A stretch of 64,000 bases of DNA from Minisyncoccia bacterium (GCA_050011835.1 JBEKII010000003.1:39842-103841); one strand, 5' to 3'; positions 48,366 to 59,200 are shown, numbered from the stretch's first letter. Made by a program: numbers and translations. Notes: generated from the letters alone by a model not told the origin.

Positions 48366-49381
48366 ATCTGCAAGAAAACATCTCTCTCGCGCCGTTCACG
48401 ACATTTCATATCGGGGGACCGGCGCGTTTTTTTATAGAAGCACGAACTGAAAAAGAAATAAAAAACGCAATTGCCCGCGCACGTAAACTTAATCTCCCGA
48501 TATATCTTCTTGGCGCCGGAAGTAATCTGCTTGTACCGGACATCGGTGTTGAAGGCATTGTGCTCAAAATAGCACTGCACGATATTGCGTTTGAAAATGA
48601 AAGTGACGCTGCGCGACTCATTGCCGGTGCCGGCACACTTTGGGAAACGGTTGTGAATGCCGCGAGCAAACGTGGTCTTTTTGGCATTGAAAATCTCGCG
48701 GGTATTCCCGGAACGATGGGCGGTGCCTCGGTGCAAAATATCGGCGCGTATGGCGCGGAACTCGCTGACACGTTTGACTATGCCGATGTCGTTGATAGTA
48801 TAACGGGCGCACAGAGGCGTATCAACCGCACCGAGGCCGCATTCGGATACCGCACCAGTTTTTTCAAAGAGCATCGTACACTTATTATCATACGTACCGC
48901 ATTGCGTTTCTCGAAACAAGCGTTTCCGAACATCACTTATCCGAATCTCATACGCGCGCAAGAGGCGGGCACGCCGCTTCAAACGCCGTCCGAGATCGCA
49001 CGCGCCGTTCGCGTCATTCGCTCCGAGATGTTTTCTCTCACGACGAAGGAGGGCACTGCGGGATCATTTTTTAAGAATCCTATTATTTCAAATGCACGCG
49101 CCGAACAGCTTTCAAAACGTTTTCCGGGACTCCCGCTGTTTCCCGAGAGAGATAACATGGTAAAAATACCGCTCGCATGGCTTCTGGACCACGCGCTTTC
49201 TCTCAAGGGATTTTCAAAGGGCCGCGTGCGGCTTTATGAAAAACAGCCGCTGGTGATTGTTGCGCGCGCCGGAGCAACCGCTGCAGACGTAGACGCGTTC
49301 GCGCGCAAAATCGCGGAGCGCGTTCTCTCTATGACGGATATTGTGATTGAGCGCGAAGTAGAGACATTCGGCACACGATAG
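48362..49381 (+). CDS. murB: UDP-N-acetylenolpyruvoylglucosamine reductase
   Basis: TTFHIGG, GAGSN, GIPGTMGG, QNIGAYG, FGYRTS, AGSFFKNP. Confidence 0.95.
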   Translation: MNLQENISLAPFTTFHIGGPARFFIEARTEKEIKNAIARARKLNLPIYLLGAGSNLLVPDIGVEGIVLKIALHDIAFENESDAARLIAGAGTLWETVVNAASKRGLFGIENLAGIPGTMGGASVQNIGAYGAELADTFDYADVVDSITGAQRRINRTEAAFGYRTSFFKEHRTLIIIRTALRFSKQAFPNITYPNLIRAQEAGTPLQTPSEIARAVRVIRSEMFSLTTKEGTAGSFFKNPIISNARAEQLSKRFPGLPLFPERDNMVKIPLAWLLDHALSLKGFSKGRVRLYEKQPLVIVARAGATAADVDAFARKIAERVLSMTDIVIEREVETFGTR

Positions 49382-49393
49382 TTTTTTGCAAAG

Positions 49394-49402
49394 TTATCCA
49401 CA
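49394..49402 (+). promoter_or_regulatory. Perfect DnaA box
   Basis: TTATCCACA in intergenic DNA. Confidence 0.5.
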
Positions 49403-49532
49403 CATATTTTTTTTCGGCACAAAAAGGTTTTTTTATGCGCGATAATGACAAGTAGAAACGTTTGCGCAATAAAAAATTGGTTCGTGCGCAGACGGGTCGA
49501 CATATCAACCTTTATCTTAATTCGCAACCACC

Positions 49533-49586
49533 ATGGCAAAGAGACGTAAGGCCGCGAAGAAAGCGGGAAAAAAGAAGCGCGGATAG
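49533..49586 (+). CDS. 17-aa Lys/Arg-rich micropeptide MAKRRKAAKKAGKKKRG
   Basis: ATG...TAG ORF preceded by a -10-like GATAAT and a structured leader, followed by a strong terminator. Confidence 0.6.
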   Translation: MAKRRKAAKKAGKKKRG

Positions 49587-49595
49587 TTTTGTTTG

Positions 49596-49638
49596 AAGAA
49601 AAATCCTTCCGTTGACTGACGGAGGGATTTTTCTTTTT
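49596..49638 (+). terminator. Rho-independent terminator
   Basis: aagaaaaatccttccgt-tgactg-acggagggatttttctt followed by ttt. Confidence 0.85.
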
Positions 49639-49674
49639 GGCTCAAATGCAAGATAAGTGATATAATGCGCCATA

Positions 49675-52209
49675 ATGTTTGATTTCTCGCACTTTTTTTC
49701 TAAAAATCAGTCTGAGGCCTTTCTGAAAACCGCGGCGCCAATTGTGGCGGCGACGAATGTCCTGTCCAAGGAACTCTCCGAACTCTCGGATGAAGCGATT
49801 CGAGCGCGCTTTGACGAAGTGCGCGCTCGAGCGAAGGAGGCGGGCGCGGCGGCCGAGCAGGACATCCCGCTTATCTTTGCGCTCGTGCGCGAGGCGGCTC
49901 GTCGCACACTCAGACAATCTCATTTTGATGTGCAACTGGCCGGCGGTCTTGCGCTTCTCCGCGGCAAAATCGCCGAGATGCGGACCGGCGAAGGGAAAAC
50001 GCTCGTTGCCACATTACCGGCGACTTTCCATGCGCTTTCGGGGAAGGGCGTGCAGATTGTCACCGTTAATGATTATCTCGCCCGCCGCGATGGCGTGTGG
50101 ATGGGACAGGTCTACGATTATGTTGGTCTCACGGTCGGTGTTGTGACGAGCGTCGGCGCGTATCGCTACGACCAATCGCATGTGGCGGAAGAAGAAGCGA
50201 AAGAATTAGACAGCGAGCGCGATGCCGCGGGCTCGTTTAAAGTTTTCTACGACTATCTGCGCCCCGCGACTAAAAAAGAGGCATATGCGTGCGATATCAC
50301 CTATGTCACCAACAATGAACTCGGATTTGATTATTTGCGTGACAATACTGCCTATGACGCGTCGCAGATCGTGCAGCGAAGTTATTATTATGCGATTATT
50401 GACGAAGTTGATTCCATTTTAATTGATGAAGCGCGCACGCCGCTCATCATCTCGGGGCCTTCCGGCGATTCGGAATCATTTTATGAGCAGTTCGCACATA
50501 TCGTGCGGGGCATGCGAGAGGGAGAGGATTATACCGTTGATGAAAAACAAAAAGCGATTCAGATTACCGAAGCGGGAATGAAGAAGGCCGAAGACGCGCT
50601 CGGTCTGGAGAATCTCTATACCGAGGGCGGAATGAAATACGCGCATCATCTGGAAACAGCCGTGCGCGCACAAGCGCTTTTCCATAAAGATAAGGAATAT
50701 GTGGTGCGCAACGGCGAAATTATCATCGTTGATGAATTTACGGGGAGAATGCAGCCGGGCCGCCGTTGGTCGGAGGGTTTGCATCAGGCGATAGAGGCGA
50801 AGGAAGGTGTTTTGGTACATGCGGAAACGCGTACGTATGCATCGGTTACCTTCCAAAATCTCTTTCGCATGTATGAGCGGCTCGCCGGCATGACGGGTAC
50901 CGCGCTTTCGTCGGAAGAAGAATTTTATACCGTCTACGCGCTTGATGTCGTCGTGGTGCCGACCAATAAACCATCACAGCGCAAGGATTATGACGACCTT
51001 ATATTCCAAACAGCGGCAGGAAAGTATCGCGCCGTTGCGCGTGCGGTGAAGGAGCGTTATGCAAAGGGCCAACCGGTCTTGGTGGGAACCGTTTCTATTG
51101 AAGATAATGAAATTGTCAGCACGTATCTGACGAACGAAGGCGTGCCGCACGAAGTGCTGAATGCGAAGAATCATGAACGCGAAGGCGAAATCATCGCCGA
51201 AGCGGGGAAGGAAGGACGTGTGACGGTCGCGACCAATCTCGCGGGCCGTGGCGTTGATATCAAGCTCGGTGGCGCGCTCGCCACGAGCGAGATGCGCGCC
51301 TCGGTCATTGAGAAGGGAGGTCTGATGGTTCTCGGTACCGAACGGCACGATGCGCGCCGCATTGACAATCAATTGCGCGGACGTTCCGGCCGTCAAGGCG
51401 ACCCGGGCGAGACGCGTTTTTATGTTTCTTTGGAGGATAAACTGATGCGTGTTTTCGCGTCCGAGACGTTGAAGAAGGTCATGGGTCGTTTCGGCATTCC
51501 CGAGGACGAACCCATTGAAAGCGCGCTGATTACCCGGTCTCTGGAAACCGCACAGGGGCGTATCGAGGGGTTTAATTTTGACTCGCGGAAACAAGTTCTT
51601 GCCTACGATGACGTGATGAACACTCAACGTCTCGCCATATATGCGCGCCGCCGCGCGGCGCTTGTAGGAAGCGATGCAGAGATTGAGGCGCTTTTCCATG
51701 AGCTTCTTTTAAATAATGATGCGGCGCGCGGCGCGTTTGAATCAAAAAAAATAGAATTCGGCGACGCGTTCACCGCCCACTTGCGCCGTCTCCTTTTGCA
51801 GGTCATTGATATATTTTGGCTTGAGCATCTTGAGACCATGGATTACCTGCGGCGTTCAGTATCGCTTCGCGCGTACGGGCAGCGGGACCCTTTAATTGAA
51901 TATCGGCGCGAAGGACTCGCGCGTTTCCGTCAGCTGGAAGCGGATATTAAGGCAGCGGTTGCTGAAGCATTGCCACGTCTTCAATCTGTGGACAATGAGC
52001 GTATTCGCGTGGAAGAAGAAAAGACGCGCGCCGCGCTCATTGCGGCAGGTCAGGAGGAAAATGGCGCACCAGTGCCGATTAAAAAAGCGGCCGGATATGG
52101 GCGCAATGATATTGTCACAATAAAAAAGGACGGCGAGACGCGGACGATTAAGTTTAAAAAAGCTGAACCGCTTTTGGCCAACGGCTGGGAAATAATGGAT
52201 GCACGTTAG
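49675..52209 (+). CDS. secA: Preprotein translocase ATPase SecA
   Basis: AEMRTGEGKT, VTVNDYLA, IDEVDSILIDEARTPLIISG, GRRWSEGLHQA, QLRGRSGRQGDPG. Confidence 0.98.
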   Translation: MFDFSHFFSKNQSEAFLKTAAPIVAATNVLSKELSELSDEAIRARFDEVRARAKEAGAAAEQDIPLIFALVREAARRTLRQSHFDVQLAGGLALLRGKIAEMRTGEGKTLVATLPATFHALSGKGVQIVTVNDYLARRDGVWMGQVYDYVGLTVGVVTSVGAYRYDQSHVAEEEAKELDSERDAAGSFKVFYDYLRPATKKEAYACDITYVTNNELGFDYLRDNTAYDASQIVQRSYYYAIIDEVDSILIDEARTPLIISGPSGDSESFYEQFAHIVRGMREGEDYTVDEKQKAIQITEAGMKKAEDALGLENLYTEGGMKYAHHLETAVRAQALFHKDKEYVVRNGEIIIVDEFTGRMQPGRRWSEGLHQAIEAKEGVLVHAETRTYASVTFQNLFRMYERLAGMTGTALSSEEEFYTVYALDVVVVPTNKPSQRKDYDDLIFQTAAGKYRAVARAVKERYAKGQPVLVGTVSIEDNEIVSTYLTNEGVPHEVLNAKNHEREGEIIAEAGKEGRVTVATNLAGRGVDIKLGGALATSEMRASVIEKGGLMVLGTERHDARRIDNQLRGRSGRQGDPGETRFYVSLEDKLMRVFASETLKKVMGRFGIPEDEPIESALITRSLETAQGRIEGFNFDSRKQVLAYDDVMNTQRLAIYARRRAALVGSDAEIEALFHELLLNNDAARGAFESKKIEFGDAFTAHLRRLLLQVIDIFWLEHLETMDYLRRSVSLRAYGQRDPLIEYRREGLARFRQLEADIKAAVAEALPRLQSVDNERIRVEEEKTRAALIAAGQEENGAPVPIKKAAGYGRNDIVTIKKDGETRTIKFKKAEPLLANGWEIMDAR

Positions 52210-52210
52210 T

Positions 52211-53182
52211 ATGGCATTCGTTGATGAAGTGAAGATATATGCAGAAGCGGGACGAGGCGGAAATGGCGTCGTTCGCTGGTTGCGTACCAAGACGAATGCG
52301 CGCGGCGGGCCTTCCGGCGGTGACGGCGGCAAGGGCGGCAATGTCGTACTTCTTGGCGTGCGCGATTTGTCGGCGCTTGCGCATTTTCGTTATGAAAAAA
52401 TATTTCATGCGGAGAATGGCGTTGCCGGAAAAGGCGCTTTAAAACATGGAGCGAACGGCGCGGAATGTATTCTTAGAGTGCCGGTCGGGACGCTTTCGCG
52501 CATTGTTGCGACAGGCGAAGAATATGAGATAACGAAAGAGGATGAGCGCATCGTTATTTTTCGTGGCGGCGCGGGAGGGAGGGGCAACGCTCACTTTAAG
52601 AGTTCCACGAATCAAAATCCATTTCAACAGACCGCAGGTAAAGAAGGGGAAAGCGGGAATATTGAACTTACCTTGAAAATTATCGCAGACGCGGGTCTTA
52701 TTGGACTCCCGAATGCTGGGAAATCTTCGCTCCTCAACGCACTTACACGAGCCAAGTCAAAAGTGGGGAACTATCCCTTTACAACACTTGAACCAAATCT
52801 CGGCGATTTCTATGGACGCGTCATCGCCGATATCCCCGGTCTTATAAAGGGCGCCTCGTCCGGACGAGGGCTTGGGGTAAAATTTCTTAAGCATGTTGAA
52901 CGTACAAGAATTTTGCTGCATCTTGTCTCGGCAAACCAAGATGACCCCCTCGCGGCGTATAGGGAAGTGCGCAGGGAAATAGCATTATTCGGGCACGGGC
53001 TTCTTGAAAAGAAAGAAATAGTCGTCCTGTCTAAAACAGACCTTGTCTCAACAGGAGAATGCGAAACAAAAATACAATTACTTGCTCGAGAAACGGATAG
53101 GGAAGTGCTTGTGGTATCAATAAAGAACGCCGTAATCCTCAAGCAGTTCTCCAATCAGCTCGCTAAACTTCTTGCGAAATAG
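52211..53182 (+). CDS. obgE: GTPase Obg/CgtA
   Basis: FVDEVKI, GGPSGGDGGKGG, GLPNAGKS, YPFTTLEP, DIPG. Confidence 0.97.
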   Translation: MAFVDEVKIYAEAGRGGNGVVRWLRTKTNARGGPSGGDGGKGGNVVLLGVRDLSALAHFRYEKIFHAENGVAGKGALKHGANGAECILRVPVGTLSRIVATGEEYEITKEDERIVIFRGGAGGRGNAHFKSSTNQNPFQQTAGKEGESGNIELTLKIIADAGLIGLPNAGKSSLLNALTRAKSKVGNYPFTTLEPNLGDFYGRVIADIPGLIKGASSGRGLGVKFLKHVERTRILLHLVSANQDDPLAAYREVRREIALFGHGLLEKKEIVVLSKTDLVSTGECETKIQLLARETDREVLVVSIKNAVILKQFSNQLAKLLAK

Positions 53183-53206
53183 TTCTATTCAGCTAGTATA
53201 GCGGCA

Positions 53207-54643
53207 ATGGCTTATCGCCCGACTATTGGTCTTGAAGTTCATGCGGAACTCACCACGCGAACCAAAATGTTTTGTGATTCCGCGAATAATCCGGACGAAA
53301 CACAACCCAATGTGAACGTGTGTCCGGTCTGTATGGCAGACCCGGGCACCCTGCCTGTTATAAATCGTGAGGCAGTGCGACATGTTTTGCGTGTCGGTGC
53401 CGCTATTGGAGGTACGCTTGCCGATTTTAGTGAATTTGACCGCAAGAGTTATTTCTATCCCGATATTCCCAAGGGCTATCAAATCAGCCAATATGCGCAT
53501 CCGCTCGTTATGGGCGGTTCGCTCCTGGGCATTGCTATCACGCGAGTACATCTTGAAGAAGACACCGCGCGTTCAATTCACGTGAGCGGTCTGTCTGCTA
53601 ACGAGGCAGGCAAGAGCCTCGTAGATTTTAATCGGGCAGGCATCCCGCTTATGGAGCTTGTCACCGAACCGGTAATCCCTGACGCGAAGACGGCGGCACA
53701 CTTCGCGCGCGAGTTGCAACTTCTTTTGCGTACGCTCGGTGTAGGCGAGGCAAATTTGGAGAAGGGCGAGATGCGCATTGAAGCAAATGTATCTGTTTCA
53801 AATGAAGAGGGAGCGTTTGGTACAAAGGTAGAAGTAAAAAACCTTAATTCGTTTCATTCTGTTGAATGTGCCATCGCATTTGAAATAGAACGTCAAATCG
53901 CTCTTATCAAAAAGGACGGAAAGGTAGTACAAGAAACGCGCGGTTGGGATGAAATAAAGCAAAAGACCTTCCACCAGCGCTTCAAGGAGGAAAGCGCTGA
54001 CTATCGTTATTTCCCGGAACCGGATCTCCCTAAACTTTTTCTTTCAGAGATTCCTGAATTCTCGCAGGAAGCACTTCGTACATCGTTACCGGAACTTCCG
54101 TGGGAGCGGCGAGCACGGTATGCGCACGTCTACACACTTAAAGAAGGCGATGCGGAATATCTTTGCGCAACTCCGGAGCGCGCCGCATTTTTTGATGCCG
54201 TCGCTTCAGCCCTTGCTGCTGATGCGGATTGCATTGTACTCGCGGCAAATTACATTATTTCAGACCTCGCAGGTATTTACGCCAAACAGGGGAATGAGGC
54301 GTATGCGGCGCTTGACCCAGCGGCATTTGCGAAACTCATTCGTCTTGTAGACACCGACAGACTCTCATCGCGTGGCGCAAAAGACACCCTTCTTCTATTA
54401 GTGCAATTTGGAGGCGATCCGGAGGCAATCGCGAAAGAGCATAATCTCATTCAGATTCATGATTCCGTAGCGCTCGGTAAAGTAGTAGACACGATATTGG
54501 TTGCAGAACCGAAAGCGGTCCTTGAGTATCGTTCAGGCAAGCAAGAAGCACTTCAGTATCTTATTGGGAAAGCGATAAAAGAAAGCGGAGGAGCGGGGAA
54601 CCCGGAAATCGTGCGAAAACTCATAATAGAGAAAATTGGTTGA
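53207..54643 (+). CDS. gatB: Asp/Glu-tRNA amidotransferase subunit B
   Basis: IGLEVHAEL, FDRKSYFYPD, HLEED, DFNRAG, EVKNLNS, YRYFPEPD. Confidence 0.97.
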   Translation: MAYRPTIGLEVHAELTTRTKMFCDSANNPDETQPNVNVCPVCMADPGTLPVINREAVRHVLRVGAAIGGTLADFSEFDRKSYFYPDIPKGYQISQYAHPLVMGGSLLGIAITRVHLEEDTARSIHVSGLSANEAGKSLVDFNRAGIPLMELVTEPVIPDAKTAAHFARELQLLLRTLGVGEANLEKGEMRIEANVSVSNEEGAFGTKVEVKNLNSFHSVECAIAFEIERQIALIKKDGKVVQETRGWDEIKQKTFHQRFKEESADYRYFPEPDLPKLFLSEIPEFSQEALRTSLPELPWERRARYAHVYTLKEGDAEYLCATPERAAFFDAVASALAADADCIVLAANYIISDLAGIYAKQGNEAYAALDPAAFAKLIRLVDTDRLSSRGAKDTLLLLVQFGGDPEAIAKEHNLIQIHDSVALGKVVDTILVAEPKAVLEYRSGKQEALQYLIGKAIKESGGAGNPEIVRKLIIEKIG

Positions 54644-54692
54644 ATTGTGCATAACTCTTTCATACCAGTCGAGATATGGCTATACTGTTGGT

Positions 54693-55496
54693 ATGGATGA
54701 AATTCTTATAGAAGAGAAGAAGTATGTATCGTCAAAACGAGCCGCCAAGATGACCGGTTATGCAAAAGATTATATTGGCCAATTGTGTCGGGAGGGACGA
54801 GTGCCGGCGCGGCTTATTGGCCGAAATTGGTATGTTCTTGAAGCGGCTATCCAAGACCATAAATTCGGCAAGACTGAAATTAAGTCAAAAGAGCCTGTCA
54901 AAGCCATATCGCCTGCGCTAGCGGGAACACCGGTTCTTTCGCCCACATGGGAGTCCCCACGCTATGAAGCGTCTTCGGAAGAACTGCTTCCTTCTATGAA
55001 TCGCCTTAAGGACACAGAGAAAGATATAGTATCTGATGATACATCAGTAAATAACGAAGGAAAACAGAACATTTCAGAGCACATACAAGATTCCTGGAAG
55101 GCGTGGTTTGATCGTTTCAATCATATGGGGGATGCGGTTGAGCCCATTGTCTCTACAATGCCGGAAGTGCCAGAAAAGATAGAAGAAAAACCAGAAATAG
55201 AAGAAAGCGCGAATATAAATGTGCCCATTCATGCTCTATATCGACCGTTCTATCAGTCGCCTCCAGAAGAACTCCTGCCGCGTAACATAGTGGCAAAACC
55301 GCTAAGTAATTTGCGAGAGACACGAACGACACAAAGGGGGAGTAAGAGAGCGACAAGAATAATTCAAGTATTTGGGACATTACTTGCGGTACTGGCAGCT
55401 GCTTTCGCGGTAATTGGAAGTGGATATTTTGATAAATATGTATTATCGAGTAGCCCAACGGAAATAATAGCCGGTGTAGAATTATATAATAAGTAG
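54693..55496 (+). CDS. Protein with an N-terminal excisionase/MerR-like HTH, an acidic disordered linker and a C-terminal TM helix
   Basis: YVSSKRAAKMTGYAKDYIGQLCREGRVPARLIGRNWYV; TM IIQVFGTLLAVLAAAFAVIG; TATACT 6 nt before the ATG. Confidence 0.8.
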   Translation: MDEILIEEKKYVSSKRAAKMTGYAKDYIGQLCREGRVPARLIGRNWYVLEAAIQDHKFGKTEIKSKEPVKAISPALAGTPVLSPTWESPRYEASSEELLPSMNRLKDTEKDIVSDDTSVNNEGKQNISEHIQDSWKAWFDRFNHMGDAVEPIVSTMPEVPEKIEEKPEIEESANINVPIHALYRPFYQSPPEELLPRNIVAKPLSNLRETRTTQRGSKRATRIIQVFGTLLAVLAAAFAVIGSGYFDKYVLSSSPTEIIAGVELYNK

Positions 55497-56203
55497 CATA
55501 TATACAAGTTTTCTCGTCTCGTTTAGACAATCTTTTATAAAAGACACGAAATTTTATAATAAGATGATTTGATAGAATGTGTATGGTGTGTATGATCAAA
55601 ATCATCAAATTAAAGCCGTTTTGTAAAAAATGACTGTTTAGAGGTAATAAATTGTCATTAAAAAGGTCATTTAAGTGATTATAAATTTAAATAGATAAAT
55701 TATATGTATATAGTGTCGTAAAATGTTTTAATGATTGTGCGACATATCAAAAATAATTGAGTAATTAAATCTAATTATTGATTCAGTTTCGTATACGCGA
55801 CATAATTAATGAATACGCTATATATTAGTGGTATTAATTATATCGCCACCCCCAATTTTTTGTGAAGTAAATTGTACGAGGAATATAAAGCATTTACTTG
55901 AAGGTGATAAAGCGAATTTTTACAGATTAATTTTCAAGATCTCGACTCACTAGTGTTTTTCAAGAGATAAAAAGCCTATTTAACGTCTCTCACAGACCAT
56001 TTCTCTTACTTTCTTTCGTTATTCCGCATGTTTTTCGGCAATGTTAGAAGAACTTATGCGTATAAAATTTCAGCTTCCGTGTAAATTTAAGATATCTTGA
56101 AATCGCTCTTAATGTCAGGCAGAACAAAAATATCTTATCCACATATCTCCTTTAGGAAATGACGAAATGATAAGTTATTATTTAGTTAATTCGGCTATCC
56201 GAC
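55497..56203. promoter_or_regulatory. 707-bp strongly AT-rich intergenic region upstream of the giant gene
   Basis: No long ORF; imperfect IR tgtcgtaaaat-9 nt-attgtgcgaca (55714-55744); DnaA box TTATCCACA at 56135. Confidence 0.55.
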
Positions 56204-59200
56204 ATGGATCCAATCTTTGAAAAAAATTTGATAACGACAAAATATGCTGGAGAACTTTCTGGATATACGCCAGATTATTTGGCACGCCTTGCTCGTTCGG
56301 GGAAAATTGCTGGCAAGAGAATTGGACATAGCTGGCTCATTGATAGTGAATCACTCACGCACTTTTTAGATCAGCAGGGAGATCGCAAGGCCGATTATGC
56401 TCGCGCGCTCGCACGTGCGCGCGAAGTTGAATATCGCGAGTACCACTCGCTCCTACGCGGTGTTGGGAAGACATTATCAACTCCATTCACCGTACCTTCC
56501 TTAAATATCGGGGAAAGTTCATTACGCTCACAAATCATTTCCTTGTCAGTGGCATTTCTTGTCGTTATGTTCGGTGCATTTTTGGCACATGCAACGCCGT
56601 TATTGCAATTCGCAACAGAGACGATGACGGTTGCTCGCGAAGCCGCATCCGGATTCAACGCAACATTTGGAGATATTCCATCGCGCATCGCACTTCGGAT
56701 TAATACAGTGTCGACAGAGATGCGCATACATCCATCGTATACCGTGGCGTCTGCCGTGTTCCCATCTGCGCGCAGTGCGTCGCCGTTTCTCGCTGATCTC
56801 AACCTCTCATCATTTCAGCATGTGATAATTTCTAAAAATATATTCATACGTTCTACCGCGTTCGCATTTGTGCCGAATAATAATGTTCCGTTGAATTTGA
56901 ATATAGCTCCTGCACGGATATTGATATTTACTGTCGGGAATATACAAGCGTCCCTGTTTGCCGTATATGCATTTATTGCAACACCATCGCGTGTCGCGAA
57001 TGCATTCGCGAGTACCTATATCGCGGTTGGCAATGAAACATATGCCGCTATCATCGCATCGCTCTCTGACTATCATTTGCTCATTGAACATTCAGGAATA
57101 AAGACGCTCGCATATGCCACTGTAACACGCGATGCGTTCGCAATCGCGCCCCATTTTATTGACCAAGCGAATCTTGCATTTGGCAACCTGATCATCACGA
57201 CGACGCATGCGGCAATACGCGCTGATGTGGCGACCGCATATGGTCTCTCTGCAGCGTTACCAGCGAGTGCGCATGTCGCGCTCGCGCTTGTTGTCGATAC
57301 CGGCGATGTGCTCGCCGGCGCCACCGCGCGTTCTCCCGCACTCGCTATCGAGGCTTATCTGCGCGCAACGGGGATATTTGCGGCATGTGCACCCGCACTT
57401 GCGCAAGCGGTCTTTGCTGCGGAATATACCGGAGCATCGCATTTTGTCGCACTCATTAATGCGGCTTCTCGGCAATATCTAGAAGCACTCATGACCACCG
57501 GTCATCTTGCACTTACCCTGCGCAGCTTTAGCGAAGCAGGGTATGCCAGCACAGTAAATTCCATTACTCGTGCGCCCGCCGCCCTTGAGGACTTTTATCT
57601 TGGCGTGCTTGGCAAAAGTGCATACGCATTCAATTCCCTCTTTCATTTATCAAAAGCTACCAATGCGCTCGCTGCAGCCGCGCCGACACTTTCAGTAGGC
57701 GAGCAAATAGCGCTTATCACATATGAAACAATCCACGGCTTCTTAAATTCAACGAGCAGCATGCTAGCGACACTCTTCGGACCGCCGCCATCCATCGTGA
57801 TGCCCGCAACAGTAGCGGTGAAAGTCAGAACATCAGCTCCGGTCATCGCTTCAACGACACTGAACACCTCGCGTATCACAGTCACAAATTATCCGACCTA
57901 CACAACCGTCGTAAACGGTGCATCCGAGGACTTTGTGAATCAATCTCTCGCTTCTCTTCGCAATAATGTTCTCGCAACAGTCGCCGGCATGATTCAGCCA
58001 GTTACCGTGCAGACGGCGACTAACGAAAATGCCATTCAGCAAGTGAATATGATTCAGGATCTTTCCAATCTTATCGTGCGCAACGGCGATTTCCGCGGCG
58101 GAACACTCTCCGGTGCTGCTTCAGTGTCTGCGACAAGTGGTTCTTTTAACAATCTGACCGCGGGCGGCCTTTCTCTCGGTTCTCTCGACGGTCCACTTCA
58201 GGCGAACAGTGGAGTCGTCTCTGCCACCACTTCTATCGGCGTCCTTTATGGTGGCACCGGTCTTTCTATTGCACCTGCCTATGGCCAGCTTCTTGTCGGT
58301 GATACAAACGGCGAATATGTGCTCACTGCAACTAGCTCGCTTGGCATCAATAGCGGAATCTGGGGAAAGATCACTGGCTCACTCTCGGACCAGACAGATC
58401 TGCAGAGCGCGCTTAACGCAAAACTTTCTCTCACTGATTGGTTTGCGACAACGTCCGCGCCGCAGCTCACGACACTCGCGAATCTCATAAATGCAACGAC
58501 TACGAATCTCAATATCGGAAGTACCATCACCGGTGCCGGACTCGCCTCTTGTTCCGGTGCCACGAGCAAACTTTTATGGAATTCTTCGACCGGGCGGTTC
58601 ACCTGCGGTGTTGACGCCGGATCGAGTGGCAGTGGCATCACCGGACTTGGGGCGGAATATTCTCCATATCAAACTGATGCAACGCAGACATTCGCCACAT
58701 CAAGCGACATGAACATTGGTTTGATTATCACCTCGAATTCAGACATTCATACCTTCACGCCGATTTGGATAGGGACTCTCGCAGACAATCGCATCGCAAG
58801 TGCGTCCAATTGGAACTCGGCGTATAACAACGAGATTACCTCGGCTTCATATCCGCTCTCCATTTCCTCCAATGCCATTTCGTCAGCATTTGGCACAACA
58901 ACGACAATAGGCGTGGGGACGAACAAGCTTCTCGCCGTAGACTCCAATGGCATCATCATCGCTTCTTCAACTATCGGAAATGGTCAACTTCAGAATAATT
59001 CAATTACGGTAACCACTGCATCTCCTTTGGGTGGGGCGGGGACTATTCCCCTCGGCGGAACACTGGCTCTTACTTGCGCAGGATGTCTCACCTCACTCGC
59101 AGGTGCGGCTTCTTCTACTCTGCTTTCTGACGCAAATACTTTTTCAGGTATAAACAATTTCACCAACTCTTCAAGCAATTTTTCAGGAACATGGCAAACT

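Noticed and set aside
55497-56203. Replication origin
   Set aside because: Only one perfect DnaA box, no dnaA/dnaN nearby and no switch in gene orientation across the region
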